DNA from: Candidatus Omnitrophota bacterium
Lineage (GTDB): Bacteria > Omnitrophota > Gorgyraeia > Zapsychrales > Fredricksoniimonadaceae
Assembly: GCA_013335325.1 (NCBI GenBank)
Contig: JAAXVU010000002.1
Location: 1-36,986, forward strand
Direction of reading: 5' to 3'
Length of the DNA stretch: 36,986 bases
The translations under genes and the position numbers were made by a program. A model generated the notes under the pieces. That model saw only the letters and a list, made by a program, of their open reading frames with translations, did no database searches and was not told the origin of the DNA. Within the stretch, counting starts at the first letter, position 1. Each line of letters opens with the position of its first letter. This document shows positions 34,288-36,986 of the stretch, piece after piece.

Positions 34288-36330
34288 CTATGATATGCGC
34301 AACTTTTCCTCGCCCGCCTGCCGGCCATCTCCGGAACTTTTATGCACTGGCCGGACTGTTTTCTTTACCACAGCCTGTTTTCCGCTTGACGATACTGCCG
34401 GATGCTTTACTATGGCAGCCGCTGACGCATCAGCGAAGCCGGTATCCAGCGTTTTGAATTGCGCCACCATATTGCGCAAGGACTCGGCCTGCGAAGACAT
34501 TTGCTCCGCTGACGCCGCAAGCTGTTCGGATGCAGAAGCGTTCGACTCGGTGATCGATGTGTTCTGCTCCATAGCGGCCGCCTGTTCCTGTGTGGCATTG
34601 GCCACCGACTGCAACTGATCGGCGATCTTCTTGATACCTTCCATTATTCCGCGGACCATTTCGCCGGCCTCTCTGGAGATCGACACGCCGCTTTCCACCT
34701 GCCTAAGGTTCTCCTTGATCAAGTTCTGTATCTCTTTGGCCGAAGTCGCCGAACGTTCGGCCAGTTGACGTACTTCATCAGCCACCACAGCAAAACCCTT
34801 ACCGTGCTCGCCGGCACGCGCAGCCTCAATAGCGGCATTCAGGGCCAGCAGGTTGGTCTGGTCAGCGATATCGGTTATAAGCTCCACCGCCTCGGCCATC
34901 TGTTTAGAACCCTTCTCGATGCCAGACATAGCTTCGACATTATTTTCCATCGCCTGCCCGGCTTTTGCGGCATCAACGGAAACATTCTGCGCGATCTCAT
35001 TGGCACCCTTCACATTCTCCGCATTCGACTGAACCGACGAAGACAATTCCTCAAAGGAGGCCGACTGCTGTTGGGCGCCGTCAGCGATCTGCTGGGACGC
35101 TGAAGAAACCTCTTCCGTGGCCGCCATCAACTGTTCGGCGGAACCGCGGATCTGCGCGATTATGCCGGATAACTTTTCAGAGAAAGTATCCATAGCCCGG
35201 GCCATGCCCCCCATCTCATCCTTGCGCTGCATATTCAGCCTGCCAGTCAAGTCGCCTTCGGCCATGCTTCCCATCATGTCGACGCTCTTTGTCATGGGCT
35301 TGTTGATGGACGCCGTGAGGTATACACCGGCCAATACCGCCAGTACAAAGGCCACCACCGTAACGATCACGACCATCCATTGCGAAGCATCCATGGACCG
35401 GTCCGCTCCCTGGGAAGCCTTCTTGCCGCACTCGATGCTGGCTTCGGACAATTTCTTCAAACCATCTCTTACCACCACATAGTGTTCACGCAGAGTGCCC
35501 ATTACTGTAGTGGCCGTCTTTTCTTTTAGCGCCACTGCCTTGGTGACCTCTTCCAAAGCGACATTGAACCCCTTGAACACATTATCTGCCGCCGGTATCA
35601 TCTCACCTTTGACCAACGCCATGGCCCCTTCAGCATTTTCGGCCTTGACCGCCTCCTTAATCTTACGCACGGTCTCATGGAACTTGTCGTGGGCGGTCTT
35701 CATGTCGTTCAAAGCGCCGGATATGGACGGATTGTCAGTCTTGTAATCCGCGAACCATTTGCCGAAATTGCAGGCCTTGGGGTCTTCCCCCGCCTCAAAT
35801 AGCTTCTTCGAATTGATCATGTCATAAACTTTGGTGATCAGGGCATAATGATCCGCCTTGAAGCCTGACAGCTTGCCTTGCAATATCGCCGGATTGCCTA
35901 TATCCAGCTTGTCCAGTTCCTTGAACATGGCCAGGAGTTTGTCTTTCTGCTCGTCGTACTGAGCCACTTCCTTCAGCAATGACTTCCAGAGCGCCTTCTC
36001 TTCCTCGGTACTCTCAAGCTTCTCGTAACCCTGCCTGGCCTTAATGAATGTATCATCAGCCTTGGCGATGTTCTCGTACTGACGGTCCCGGTCAGAGACT
36101 TTCAGGTCCGGATTCAGCAAAGTCCGCAAGGCCAGCTGGCTGGACGTATACGCATTGGACATCTCCATTGCATACCTTACTGAAGGAAGGGACACGTCCC
36201 CTATCTCATCGGTCGCCTTCATCAGATTTTTCAGGCCAAACACACCGACCGTGCCGACTATGGCCGCGATCACCGCAACCAGCACAAAGCCGCCGATCAG
36301 TTTCACCCCCAATTTGACATTGTCCAACAT
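34288..36330 (-). CDS. Methyl-accepting chemotaxis protein with two TM helices, HAMP domain and a CZB-like zinc motif in the inter-TM sensor region
   Basis: TM1 spans about aa 11-33 and TM2 about aa 318-340, followed by HAMP. The MA domain hairpin is [39 protein letters not shown]. The sensor region contains H161...C187-NFGKW...H214-DKF-H218. Confidence 0.9.
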   Translation of the reverse strand: MLDNVKLGVKLIGGFVLVAVIAAIVGTVGVFGLKNLMKATDEIGDVSLPSVRYAMEMSNAYTSSQLALRTLLNPDLKVSDRDRQYENIAKADDTFIKARQGYEKLESTEEEKALWKSLLKEVAQYDEQKDKLLAMFKELDKLDIGNPAILQGKLSGFKADHYALITKVYDMINSKKLFEAGEDPKACNFGKWFADYKTDNPSISGALNDMKTAHDKFHETVRKIKEAVKAENAEGAMALVKGEMIPAADNVFKGFNVALEEVTKAVALKEKTATTVMGTLREHYVVVRDGLKKLSEASIECGKKASQGADRSMDASQWMVVIVTVVAFVLAVLAGVYLTASINKPMTKSVDMMGSMAEGDLTGRLNMQRKDEMGGMARAMDTFSEKLSGIIAQIRGSAEQLMAATEEVSSASQQIADGAQQQSASFEELSSSVQSNAENVKGANEIAQNVSVDAAKAGQAMENNVEAMSGIEKGSKQMAEAVELITDIADQTNLLALNAAIEAARAGEHGKGFAVVADEVRQLAERSATSAKEIQNLIKENLRQVESGVSISREAGEMVRGIMEGIKKIADQLQSVANATQEQAAAMEQNTSITESNASASEQLAASAEQMSSQAESLRNMVAQFKTLDTGFADASAAAIVKHPAVSSSGKQAVVKKTVRPVHKSSGDGRQAGEEKLRIS

Positions 36331-36652
36331 ACCCCCCCCCTTTTTTACTCATTCCCCCACATGCCGATCAAAACCTCTGATCCATTTAGCATCAGGATAA
36401 CACCTCGCAACTGATTTATAAATTATCTATGAACCAAACAAGCTTCAAGCAATTAATAATTATTTTTTAGGTAGTTATGAGCATCGACGAAACACTCAAG
36501 AAGAGAACCGGCATAAGTAGGCTACTGTGAAAATCAGTACAGCTGAGGGAACGTTACCGGGCCGCAGAAATATCCGGCATGGAAAGGAACATACTACATC
36601 CGCGCCCCTATATCCGGCGCGGACCAATTGATCATAAGACCGCAGAACCAGC

Positions 36653-36704
36653 AAGGGGCCGCGCCGTCTGGCTTATAATAGTTAGCCGCACGGCGCAGCC
36701 CCTT
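36653..36704 (-). terminator. Long hairpin 19 nt downstream of the truncated ORF (terminator-like, no U tract)
   Basis: aaggggccgcgccgt (36653-36667) pairs with acggcgcagcccctt (36690-36704) at 14 of 15 positions. The loop itself contains a ggct/agcc mini-stem. Confidence 0.4.
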
Positions 36705-36722
36705 AGCACCTGACTGGTCGAA

Positions 36723-36986
36723 CTATTTGCGGATCAGTTCAACATCATCTATGTAATAGACGACATCGACCGGATTGGCCACCAGACTGATCGGCTTGTC
36801 GGACACCAAGCCCAGCACTTCTATCTGATAAGACTTGAGCCCTCCGTCAACCTTATTGGCTGGCATCGCGTCCGTTCCGGGGCCGATCCGTTTAACGCTC
36901 TTCCAGTCACGCTGATAATCCGCACGCGACAATACATCCTGGAAATAAACCCTGACCTCCAGCCACTCTCCGACATTCACCATGGT
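36723..36986 (-). CDS. C-terminal fragment of a protein truncated by the window edge; possible carbohydrate-binding-module-like beta-sandwich tail
   Basis: The frame is open to the window end. The C-terminus ...DVVYYIDDVELIRK resembles the (F/Y)-(I/V)-D-(D/N)-(I/V) ending typical of CBM-type domains. This assignment is weak. Confidence 0.3.
   Translation of the reverse strand, partial: TMVNVGEWLEVRVYFQDVLSRADYQRDWKSVKRIGPGTDAMPANKVDGGLKSYQIEVLGLVSDKPISLVANPVDVVYYIDDVELIRK

Overview
This is a roughly 37-kb chromosomal segment from a bacterium I cannot assign to a taxon without a database search. Overall GC is about 50-55% by eye. It is mostly an ordinary housekeeping region, and I found no defence, CRISPR, toxin-antitoxin or secretion system.

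Layout:
- 1-235: a dense stem-loop array cut by the left window edge.
- 265-3639: three envelope-glycan genes. They are an O-antigen-ligase-like protein, a GT2 glycosyltransferase, and a conspicuously AT-rich GT-C/ArnT-like glycosyltransferase.
- 3640-4210: a solo IS200-like tnpA.
- 4241-9888: a complete rrn operon on the minus strand (16S, tRNA-Ile(GAU), tRNA-Ala(UGC), 23S, 5S). It has tandem TTGACA promoters, two boxA-like elements, flanking processing helices and an intrinsic terminator.
- 9889-36330: a long, almost entirely minus-strand run of genes. In descending coordinate order these are an MCP, htpG, thiC, a CheY-like regulator, bioB, trxB, ubiE/menG, menF, surE, an HD-GYP response regulator, gltA, pepA, nfeD plus an SPFH protein, fumC, a PilZ protein, malQ, a lipoprotein, hldD, a coiled-coil membrane protein, a second lipoprotein and a PC4-like protein.
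- 28119-29930: the only plus-strand gene in that run, a 603-aa uncharacterised protein.

Observations most worth a second look:
- the 603-aa protein, which looks like a distant nitronate-monooxygenase/FabK-type TIM barrel with a large insertion and a Cys-rich tail
- the stem-loop array at 1-235
- the chemoreceptor with a CZB-type zinc motif in its predicted extracytoplasmic domain, and a G9 tract forming its ribosome-binding site
- the IS200-like TnpA with D-M-H in place of the H-U-H motif
- compensated changes at two 'universal' 16S primer sites
- a leader-spacer helix that would enclose the 16S plus both spacer tRNAs

None of these is demonstrably a new system. All functional calls come from motif recognition by eye, not from searches.
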